DNA of 32,000 nucleotides from positions 4,230,001 through 4,262,000 of the forward strand of contig NC_009664.2 in NCBI RefSeq assembly GCF_000017305.1, in the 5' to 3' direction. The notes under the pieces are model-generated. The model ran no database searches. It was given only the letters and a program-made list of their open reading frames with translations, and was not told where the DNA came from. Source of the DNA: Kineococcus radiotolerans SRS30216 = ATCC BAA-149 (GTDB lineage: Bacteria; Actinomycetota; Actinomycetes; Actinomycetales; Kineococcaceae). Below are positions 6,474 through 13,054 of the stretch, piece by piece (the first letter of the stretch is position 1; each line of letters opens with the position of its first letter). Position numbers and translations under genes: made by a program.

Positions 6474-6590
6474 GGAAGTGTCACCACCAAGCCCGCTGGA
6501 AGTGTCACCGATGTCCTGATGCGGAACCGTCACCGATGTCCTGCGAGATGACAGGTGGTGGTGTCGTGTCCGGGACCGTCACTCGATCGA
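6474..6590 (+). repeat. iteron-like direct repeats (GGRAVSGTCACY...), 4 copies about 24.5 bp in phase
   Basis: R1 is 6474-6485 ggaagtgtcacc. R2 is 6498-6518 ggaagtgtcaccgatgtcctg. R3 is 6523-6543 ggaaccgtcaccgatgtcctg (19/21 identical to R2). R4 is 6572-6590 gggaccgtcactcgatcga. The start-to-start spacings are 24, 25 and 49 bp. The region is non-coding, between 6274 and 6625. Confidence 0.7.
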
Positions 6591-6624
6591 TGATCGATCC
6601 GCGTCGTGGACCTGCCGTTCCAGG

Positions 6625-7339
6625 GTGCGGCGCGTCGTCGGTACCGCACCGCTGCGGGCAGGGCCCTCGGGGTGCGCACGACGTGAACCCGCCGCGCAGG
6701 AGGGACGGGGGAGGGGTGGGGCGTTCCTGCCGCTGGCCGAGGCCAGCGGGCTCATCGTGCCGCTGGGGCGGCAGGTGCTGACCCTGGCGTGCAGGCAGGT
6801 GGCGCTGTGGCGGGCGCAGCTGCCGGCCGCTGCGGACCTGCGCGTGGTCGTCGACGTCTCCGGCCGGCGGCTGGGCGAACCCGACACCGTCGACGTCGTC
6901 GCCGAGGCCCTGCTGATCAGCGGTCTGCTGCCGGGTGCGCTGGTGCTGGAGCTGACCGGGACGTCCCTGGCGGGGACCGGCGCGGAGGTGGACATCGCCC
7001 TGCAGCGGATCCGGGAGTTGGCGCTGGCGTTGGACGACTTCGGCACCGGTTGCGCCGGTTCCAGCTACCTGCAGCGCTTCCAGCCCGACATCGTCGAGAT
7101 CGACCGTTGCTCCGTCGCCGCGCTGGGGCGTTCCGCGCGCGACGACCTGCTGACGCACTCGTTGGTCGGGTTGGGCCTGCAGCTGGGGTGCGACGTGGTG
7201 GCCGAGGGGGTGGAGACGATCGAGCAGGTGCAGACCCGGGCGGCGCTGGGGGTGCGCAACGCGCGGGAGTACTTCTCCTCCACCCCCCCGCAGCGCGCGG
7301 GACCTGGCCGAGCAGTCGCCCGCCGCCTCGTCCTCCTGA
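6625..7339 (+). pseudogene. truncated, degenerate EAL-domain remnant with probable frameshift in a C7 run
   Basis: The track ORF 6625..7605 contains only the C-terminal two thirds or so of an EAL domain: FLPLAEASGLIVPLGRQVL...VVVDVSG...LELTGT...LDDFGTG...VEIDRCS...VVAEGVE...NAREYFSS. The EAL signature segment is absent. By eye versus the neighbour's EAL, N is replaced by D, the second E of ExTE by G, the K of KIDR by E, and GQG by ARE. After the C7 run (7283-7289), frame +2 reads RSARDLAEQSPAASSS* and stops at 7337-7339. The annotated frame instead runs 266 nt into the convergent gene. Confidence 0.6.
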
Positions 7340-7354
7340 ACCGCGTGGCCCGCG

Positions 7355-10084
7355 TCAGGTGCTGCTGTCCTCGGTGGCCGGGCACGTGCGCGGGATGGTC
7401 AGCTCGGCGGGTGCCGTCGGGCGGGCGAAGAGGAAACCCTGCCCGCTGTCGCAGGAGTCGGCGACGAGGCGGTGCAGCTGGTCGTTCTCCTCGATTCCCT
7501 CGGCCACGACTCCGAGGTCGAAGCTGTGGGCGGCGGAGATCACGAGGCGGACGAGGTCGGCGTGCCCGGCGCCGGGGGAGGAGACGAAGCTGCGGTCGAT
7601 CTTGAGGATGTCCACCGGCAGGTTCGGCAGCTGGCCGATGGAGGTGTAGCCGGTCCCGAAGTCGTCGATGGCGATCTTCACGCCCAGCTCCCGCAGCGCG
7701 CGCAGCTGGTCCAGGGCGGAGGGGACGTCGACCAGCACCGTCTCGGTGATCTCCAGGGTCAGGCGCACGGGGTCGATCCCGGAGGTGGCGAGGGCGGCGG
7801 CGACGTCGTCGAGGAGGTAGCGGCTGGCGAGGTGGCGCCCGGAGATGTTGACGGCCACCCCCAGGCCCGCGAGTTCGCCCTCCGGACCGCCGGCCCCGGC
7901 GGCGCCCGCCGTGGCGGCGGCGTCCCACTGCGTGAGCTGGGTCAGGGCGGCGGCCAGGGCCCAGCGGCCGAGGTCGCAGATCAGGTCCGAGCGTTCGGCG
8001 GCGGGGATGAAGGCGTCCGGGGGGACCAGGCCGTGCCCGGGCCGGTTCCAGCGGACCAGGGCCTCCACGCTGGCGGTGCGCCCGGTCAGCAGGTCCAGGA
8101 CCGGCTGGTAGTGCAGGACGAGTTCGTTCCCCAGCAGCGCCTGGCGCAGGGCCTCCTCGGTCTGGGCCTGCACGCTCAGCTCGTGGCGCAGTTCGTCGTC
8201 GAAGACCTCCACCACGCCGCGGCCGGCGGCCTTGGCGCGGTAGGCGGCGGCGTCGGCTTCCTGCAGCAGGCGTTCGGCGGTGGTGTCGGCCCCGTGGGCC
8301 GGGGTGCCGTGGGTGCCGGCGCCGCTGACGGCGACGCCGATGCTGGCCCCGACACGCGCGACGCGGTCCCCGATCCGCACCGGCGCGCAGATCGCGGTGA
8401 TGAGGCGCTGGCCGAGTTCCACGAGCTGGTGGTGGTCCTCGGCCGGTTCGACGAGGACCACGAACTCGTCCCCGCCTAGGCGGCACACGGCGTCGCCGCC
8501 GCGCACGGTCTCCTCCATGCGGGCGCTGACCACGCGCAGCAGTTCGTCGCCCGCGGCGTGGCCCAGGGTGTCGTTGACCTGCTTGAAGTGGTCGAGGTCC
8601 ACGAAGAGCAGGCCCACGTGCTGACCGTTGCGCCGGGCGCGGTGCACGGCCCGTTCGATGAGGACGCTGGCCTGGGCCCGGTTGGGCAGCTCGGTCAGCG
8701 CGTCGTGGGACGCCTGGTGGGCGAGGCTGACCTGGAGGCGTTCCCGTTCGTGGATGGCGCTGATCATCTGGGTGATGGAGGCGTGCACGACGGCGCCGAG
8801 GGAACCGGCCAGCGGTTCCTGGACCACCTCGGCGTCCAGGTCGCCGTCGGCGACGGCCTGGGCCTGGGCCTGGACCCGGCGCAGGCTGGCCACGGTGGCG
8901 GACAGGCCCCGGGCCACGCTGCGCACCTCGCGGGGTCCGCCGTCGGCGACGTCGAGGAGCCCGGCGTCCAGCTCGCCGTCGCGCACCGCCTCGGCCTGCT
9001 GAGCCAGGTGCCGCAGCGGGCGGGCGATGAAGCGGTGCACCAACCCCATGACGCCCGCGGTGACCACCAGCAGCACCAGGGCGATCAGCAGCAGGGCCCG
9101 CAGCTCCGCCGCCGCTCGCTGAGCCGGGAGGTCGGTGGCGGTCACGGCCTGATCGCCGATGGTGTCCACCGCCTCGCGCAGAGCCGCGTCGCGGCTGGTG
9201 TTGGCGGTGGTGAGGGCCAGGAACTGCGGCAGCGCCAGCGCCACCCCGGGCGAGGCGGTGGAGGTGGCGGTCCCGGTCCCGGTGGCCGCGGCGTCGAGGA
9301 GGGTGTCGACCTGCACGGCGGCCTCGCTGCCGGTGGCGCTCCGCCACGCCGCCACCGCCGAGGGACCGGCGTGGGCGGTGAGGTCGGCGTCGGCGGCGCG
9401 GTACCCGCCCCAGGCCTGCAGGAAGGCGGCGCGGGCCTCGTCCCGTCCGGCCTCCGGGACCGAGACCGAGCCCAGGAGCAGGGGGACCTGGAGGCTGGCG
9501 AAGGTCGCGGCCTCCTGCGCGCGGTCCAGGTCGTTCACCGCCCGGGCCCCGGGCCCGTCCAGGGACTCGTCGCGGGCGGCGTCGAGGTGGTCCGCGACCT
9601 GCCCGGTGAGGTCGGCCACGATCTCGCCGTAGCGGGTGAAGAGCACCGTGGTGTCGCCGCCGGTCGCTGCGCTCGCGCGCAGCTGCGCGACCTCGGCCGC
9701 AGCCGCTGCGGCTCCGGCGGCGGCGGCGGTGCCGGCGGTGGCGTCCACGGCGGTGTCGGTGGCGGCCTGGACGGCACCGAGCTGCTGAGCGATGGCGGGT
9801 CCGGCCAGGTCGGCGATGCCCGCGAGGCCGGAGGCGTCGAGACCGGCGGCGGCCGCGGTGGCGGGATCGGCGAGCACCGCCTGACCCAGCACCGGCACGA
9901 CCTCCTGGGCGATGCTGCCCCGCACGGTGTCCAGCAGGGCGGCGGCGCGCACCTGCGCGGCCGCGGTGTCCGCGGCGCGGGAGATGCCGCGGCTGGCGTC
10001 CACGGCCAGGGCGACGGCGCCGGTGAGGCCGACGACCGGTACGAGCACCAGGGTCAGGAGGCTGCGCTGCAGGGAGGGAGCCAC
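7355..10084 (-). CDS. membrane sensor diguanylate cyclase/phosphodiesterase (TM - extracytoplasmic helical domain - TM - HAMP - GGDEF - EAL)
   Basis: TM1 is LLTLVLVPVVGLTGAVALAV. It is followed by an Ala-rich sensor region of about 300 aa, then TM2 ALLLIALVLLVVTAGVMGLV and a HAMP-like segment (FIARPLRHLAQQAEAVRDGELD). The GGDEF domain is intact, with an I-site (RGGDAVCRLGGDEF). The EAL domain is intact (VEALVRW, VNISG, LEITET, IDDFGTGY, LKIDRSF, VAEGIE, GQGFLF). The track starts the ORF at GTG 10153, but I prefer GTG 10084, which is preceded by GGGAGGG plus a 4-nt spacer. Confidence 0.9.
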   Translation of the reverse strand: MAPSLQRSLLTLVLVPVVGLTGAVALAVDASRGISRAADTAAAQVRAAALLDTVRGSIAQEVVPVLGQAVLADPATAAAAGLDASGLAGIADLAGPAIAQQLGAVQAATDTAVDATAGTAAAAGAAAAAAEVAQLRASAATGGDTTVLFTRYGEIVADLTGQVADHLDAARDESLDGPGARAVNDLDRAQEAATFASLQVPLLLGSVSVPEAGRDEARAAFLQAWGGYRAADADLTAHAGPSAVAAWRSATGSEAAVQVDTLLDAAATGTGTATSTASPGVALALPQFLALTTANTSRDAALREAVDTIGDQAVTATDLPAQRAAAELRALLLIALVLLVVTAGVMGLVHRFIARPLRHLAQQAEAVRDGELDAGLLDVADGGPREVRSVARGLSATVASLRRVQAQAQAVADGDLDAEVVQEPLAGSLGAVVHASITQMISAIHERERLQVSLAHQASHDALTELPNRAQASVLIERAVHRARRNGQHVGLLFVDLDHFKQVNDTLGHAAGDELLRVVSARMEETVRGGDAVCRLGGDEFVVLVEPAEDHHQLVELGQRLITAICAPVRIGDRVARVGASIGVAVSGAGTHGTPAHGADTTAERLLQEADAAAYRAKAAGRGVVEVFDDELRHELSVQAQTEEALRQALLGNELVLHYQPVLDLLTGRTASVEALVRWNRPGHGLVPPDAFIPAAERSDLICDLGRWALAAALTQLTQWDAAATAGAAGAGGPEGELAGLGVAVNISGRHLASRYLLDDVAAALATSGIDPVRLTLEITETVLVDVPSALDQLRALRELGVKIAIDDFGTGYTSIGQLPNLPVDILKIDRSFVSSPGAGHADLVRLVISAAHSFDLGVVAEGIEENDQLHRLVADSCDSGQGFLFARPTAPAELTIPRTCPATEDSST

Positions 10085-10088
10085 CCGG

Positions 10089-10120
10089 CCCTCCCGGGAG
10101 GGTCGAACCTCCCGGGAGGG
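10089..10120 (-). promoter_or_regulatory. perfect 13-bp stem-loop (two copies of palindrome CCTCCCGGGAGG) sequestering the Shine-Dalgarno of the GGDEF-EAL gene
   Basis: The mRNA sense reads CCCUCCCGGGAGG-UUCGAC-CCUCCCGGGAGGG-CCGG-GUG. The 3' arm contains GGGAGGG, 4 nt upstream of GTG 10084. Each half (10089-10102 and 10108-10119) is also self-complementary. Confidence 0.6.
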
Positions 10121-10357
10121 TCCGGCGGCGCGGACCGGGCGCGGAGGATGCACGTCCGTCCATCGGCGCCCGGAGCGTCCTGCTCAAGCGGTTCAGGAGT
10201 TGTTCACCCGCCGCCGGCCCCCCGCGGGCGTCACCCCGCCGGCCGCGTCGGGGGGGTGCGCACGGCCCGCCCCGGTGGCGGCGCCGGGGGCGTCGGGGAC
10301 GACACTGGGAACTCGCGGTGGCGCGGACGCCCACCGGTCGAGCGTGGAGGAGGTCCC

Positions 10358-10657
10358 GTGGAACCCGTCGACGACAGGCTCGCGGCCGGTGGTGGCGAAC
10401 TCCGAGGCGGAGCGGCGGCGCAGGACGAACTGGTGGTGTACGGCGCGGGCTGGTGCCCGGACGTGCGGCGCAGCCGGGCGCTGCTGGAGGCCGAAGGCGT
10501 GGCGTACCGCTACGTGGACGTCGAGGCCGACGCCGCCGCCACCGACCTGGTGCGCCGGTTGCAGCAGGGCGCCCGGCGCATCCCGACGATCGTCTGGCCG
10601 GACGGGTCCCACCTGGTCGAGCCCAGCGACGACGAGTTGCGCACCCGGCTTCGGTAG
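10358..10657 (+). CDS. glutaredoxin-like / mycoredoxin-like protein, monothiol CPDV variant
   Basis: This is the C-terminal part of track ORF 8558..10657. GTG 10358 is preceded by GGAGGAGG (10346-10353). LVVYGAGWCPDVRRSRALLEAEGVAYRYVDVEADAAATDLVRRLQQGARRIPTIVWPDGSHLVEPSDDELRTRL follows the mycoredoxin/NrdH-like layout (WCxxC, R-x-x-PT, DGS...PS..E). The second active-site Cys is replaced by Val. Confidence 0.75.
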   Translation: MEPVDDRLAAGGGELRGGAAAQDELVVYGAGWCPDVRRSRALLEAEGVAYRYVDVEADAAATDLVRRLQQGARRIPTIVWPDGSHLVEPSDDELRTRLR

Positions 10658-10734
10658 CCCACCACGACCAGGTGCCCGCCGGTTCCACGGCAGGGGGGTG
10701 CGGCACGGGGTGGGCCCGGTGTCCGCCCGCGGGC

Positions 10735-11010
10735 GTGGTGCGGGGGTCAGCGCGGCGTGCCGTGCTCCGCCCGGACCACGCCGAACCGGACCACGCCGAA
10801 CCCGACGACGCGGACGACCACGTCGGCCGCCGCGGCGAGCGCCGACGCTCGACCCGGGTGGTCGAGCCGCACCACCTCGTGGTGCGGGCGGCTCGCTGGT
10901 ACCTGCTCGCCCCCGAACGCGCGCAGCAGCGGTGGGACGTCCTGCGCCTGGACCGCACCCCCGCTCCCACCGCCGCGGGCGTGCCCTCCGCCGAGCGACC
11001 GGTGCCGGGC
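10735..11010 (+). pseudogene. WYL-domain remnant (no HTH domain, no usable stop)
   Basis: Frame +1 reads ...RRSTRVVEPHHLVVRAARWYLLAPERAQQRWDVLRLDRTPAP..., which matches the canonical WYL core (R-x-veP-x-x-lv-x-x-x-g-WYL-x-A...R-x-FRLDR). Third positions are almost all G/C. The frame then stays open only as the antisense of the DUF1801 gene. A 15-bp tandem duplication ccggaccacgccgaa x2 (10771-10800) encodes PDHAEPDHAE. Confidence 0.45.
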
Positions 11011-11081
11011 GGCGCGATCCGCCCGGCCGCCTCCGCGCCCCGGATCCGTGCGGTGGGACGCGGGTGCGTCGGGGCTCCTCG

Positions 11082-11465
11082 TCAGGTCGACACCCAGCGT
11101 CGGACCAGCGCCACGACCTGCGCCTGGCGGACGTCGACGGCTCGCAGGTCGGGGAAGTCGATGACGGCGCGGTCGGGGGCCAGCCACGTCAGCAGTCCGG
11201 TGGGGTCGTGGAAGGTGAACTCCGCGGTGTCGGCGCGCACCCCCGCTCCCCGGTGGAACACCAGCTGCAGCTCGTCGCGGGGGTGCAGCCGGAAGGTGAC
11301 CCGGTCCTGCCCGTCACGGCAGAAGCTGGGGGCGTTCCACTTCACGTGCTCGGTGAGGTCGGGGTCGCACGCCAGGATGGCGGCGCGCAACCGCAGGACA
11401 CCGTCCTTCAAGGGGTGCTGCAGGTCGTCGAGGTAGTGCTCGACGTCCGTCGAGGTGGTGCCCAC
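11082..11465 (-). CDS. DUF1801 (YdhG-like) domain protein
   Basis: Track ORF of 127 aa. MGTTSTDVEHYLDDLQHPLKDGVLRLRAAILACDPDLTEHVKWNAPSFCRDGQDRVTFRLHPRDELQLVFHRG... matches the DUF1801 pattern (v..yl......k.....lr.li....p.l.e.ikWn.P.f). Confidence 0.8.
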   Translation of the reverse strand: MGTTSTDVEHYLDDLQHPLKDGVLRLRAAILACDPDLTEHVKWNAPSFCRDGQDRVTFRLHPRDELQLVFHRGAGVRADTAEFTFHDPTGLLTWLAPDRAVIDFPDLRAVDVRQAQVVALVRRWVST

Positions 11466-11616
11466 GTGGTCTCTCCTCGGGTTCGGTGCCTGACGGGACG
11501 CGGTGTGCGGGGTCGTCGTCGGTACGGACTCGCCGGAGCACCGGGAATCATCGGGACACCGCCCGGAGCGGCGAGGACGCGGAGGCGATCACCGCCGGCG
11601 CTCGCGCGGGTGCCCG

Positions 11617-12528
11617 TCACTCCTCGTCGGCGTGCAGGTCCTGCCAGGCGCGCTGGGCCAGCTCGTCACCGGCGGTGGCGCCGGCCAGCAGGTGCTCCTC
11701 GGCGCCCCGGACGTCGCCGCGCTGCAGCAGCAGCATCGCGAGGTTGTGGTGGCAGTGCAGGTCCCCGGCGGCGAGGCCGGCCCGGTAGGCGTCCTCCGCC
11801 GCCGCTTCACCCGCCGGGTCCGCCCCGCCCGTGCCCCCGCCGGCCCGGGCGTCGTCGAGGAGGAGGTTGCCCAGCGGCAGCCAGCACTCGCGCTGACCCA
11901 GCTTGGCCCCCAGCTCCAGCTGGGCCCGCGCCTGCTGCCGCCTGCCGGTGTCGGCCAGGAGATCGGCCAGGTCCGCGCGGGCGTCCCCGCTGACGGCGGC
12001 CGCGGCGCGCAACTGCTCCTCCAGCGCGGGGTCCCGGGTGCGTTCCCAGCGCCAGCTGGCCAGCAGCGCCGCGGCGGGTGGGTGGCCGCGTTCGGCGGCC
12101 CGGGCCAGCGTCGCCTCGGCCTCCTCGCGCAGGCCCTGCTCACGCAGCAGCAGCGCCAGGTCGACGAACCCCTCGGGCTGGTCGCCGACCTCCCCGGCGG
12201 CGCGGTAGGCGCGCATCGCCTCGACCAGGTCCCCCTGCAGCTCCAGGGTGTGGCCGAGGTTGAGCCAGGCGTCGCTCTCGCCGGCGGCGACGGCCCGCTG
12301 GTAGGCCTCGATCGCCTCCACCGGCCGGTCCAGCTCGCGCAGGGTGTTGCCCACGTTGAACCACACCCACTCCTGCCCCAGGACCACGGCGCGTCGGAAG
12401 CACAGCAGCGCTTCCCGCTGCCGGCCCAGGTCGGCGAGGTCGCACCCGACCTCGACCAGCTCGTCGGTGTCGTCCCCGGCCAGCGCTGCGCGGAGACGCT
12501 CCTGCAGCTCCCGACCCGGCTCGTCCAC
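11617..12528 (-). CDS. tetratricopeptide (TPR) repeat protein
   Basis: This is the C-terminal 303 codons of track ORF 11617..12861. It contains repeated A-x-x-x-Y-x-x-A / W-x-N-L-G units (WFNVGNTLRELDRPVEAIEAYQRAVAAGESDAWLNLGHTLELQGDLVEAMRAYRAA...). The candidate start is GTG 12528 (VDEPGRELQERL). The upstream part of the ORF is Ser/Pro/Arg-rich and collides with the divergent lipoprotein gene. The start is uncertain. Confidence 0.7.
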   Translation of the reverse strand: MDEPGRELQERLRAALAGDDTDELVEVGCDLADLGRQREALLCFRRAVVLGQEWVWFNVGNTLRELDRPVEAIEAYQRAVAAGESDAWLNLGHTLELQGDLVEAMRAYRAAGEVGDQPEGFVDLALLLREQGLREEAEATLARAAERGHPPAAALLASWRWERTRDPALEEQLRAAAAVSGDARADLADLLADTGRRQQARAQLELGAKLGQRECWLPLGNLLLDDARAGGGTGGADPAGEAAAEDAYRAGLAAGDLHCHHNLAMLLLQRGDVRGAEEHLLAGATAGDELAQRAWQDLHADEE

Positions 12529-12673
12529 CCCGTCAGTGTGCCGGTCCGGTCCTGGGGCCGGGTTCCGCGGACCCCCACCGGCCCTGCATGCCGCCGGGTG
12601 GCCCCGAGGAGTCGACCGGGTCCGTGACGGGTGGGGTTCGGTACCGTGACCGTGGACCGGAGGGCGGGGTGGC

Positions 12674-13054
12674 GTGGTGGACCAGGGCTGTTCGGGGCGG
12701 TGGCGCTCGCGGGTGCTGACCTTGTCGCTGTCGGGGGTGCTCGCGGCGACGTCACTGGCCGCGTGCGGTTCCGGCGACGACGCGGAGGAGTACCGCGGGG
12801 TGTGCGTGGACGAGAGCACGCAGCAGCGCGTCGACGACGACCGCTGCGACGACGACGGCACCCGGGTCGGGGGTCTCGGGTGGGTCTACTTCGCGGCCGG
12901 GACCCGCCTCCCCGCGCTCGGTGCGCGCGTCAGCGGCGGTACGGCCGCCCTCCCGCAGGGGGCTGCGGTCACCCGTGGCGGTGTGCCCGGTGACGGTGCC
13001 ACCGTCAGCCGGGGTGGTTTCGGCGGCGGCAGCGACTCCAGCGTGGGCGGGTAG
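12674..13054 (+). CDS. lipoprotein, DUF1190 (E. coli YjfM)-like
   Basis: GTG 12674 is preceded by GGAGGG (12659-12664). The lipobox is LSGVLAATSLAAC|GSGDD. The C-terminus VTRGGVPGDGATVSRGGFGGGSDSSVGG resembles the YjfM tail (..TRGGFG....S.GG). The stop TAG 13052-13054 abuts the next start. Confidence 0.7.
   Translation: MVDQGCSGRWRSRVLTLSLSGVLAATSLAACGSGDDAEEYRGVCVDESTQQRVDDDRCDDDGTRVGGLGWVYFAAGTRLPALGARVSGGTAALPQGAAVTRGGVPGDGATVSRGGFGGGSDSSVGG

Noticed and set aside
6600-6720. Attempt to recover the missing EAL-signature segment of the EAL remnant from other frames, for example RVVDLPFQGAARRRYRTAAGRALGVRTT* in frame +3.
   Set aside because: The resemblance to QPxVDL...EALxRW is weak, the spacing is wrong, and a stop follows. 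I cannot support a multi-frameshift reconstruction by eye, so the N-terminal part is treated as lost.
10085-10153. GTG 10153 as the start of the GGDEF-EAL gene, as in the ORF track.
   Set aside because: No SD precedes it, and the extra 23 codons consist of the twin palindrome translated as PSREVRPSREGR. GTG 10084 has a GGGAGGG SD at 4 nt and gives a typical N-terminus-plus-TM. The upstream start cannot be excluded without experimental data.
8558-10357. Upstream 600 codons of the 699-aa plus-strand ORF 8558..10657.
   Set aside because: It is antisense to the motif-supported GGDEF-EAL gene, and the translation is Gly/Ala/Arg-rich without structure. Only the last 99 codons, from GTG 10358 with a strong SD, look like a real glutaredoxin-fold protein.
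7065-10970. 1301-aa minus-strand ORF, the longest in the track.
   Set aside because: It is an Arg/Pro/Gly/Ala low-complexity translation with no domain motifs. It is an alternative frame of the GGDEF-EAL gene and runs across the divergent mycoredoxin-like gene. This is a typical high-GC open-frame artefact.
10747-11187. 146-aa minus-strand ORF between the mycoredoxin-like and DUF1801 genes.
   Set aside because: Its translation is Arg/Gly/Pro-rich, and its third codon position coincides with the first position of the plus frame that carries a clear WYL motif and near-perfect GC3. The plus-strand WYL remnant explains the periodicity better.
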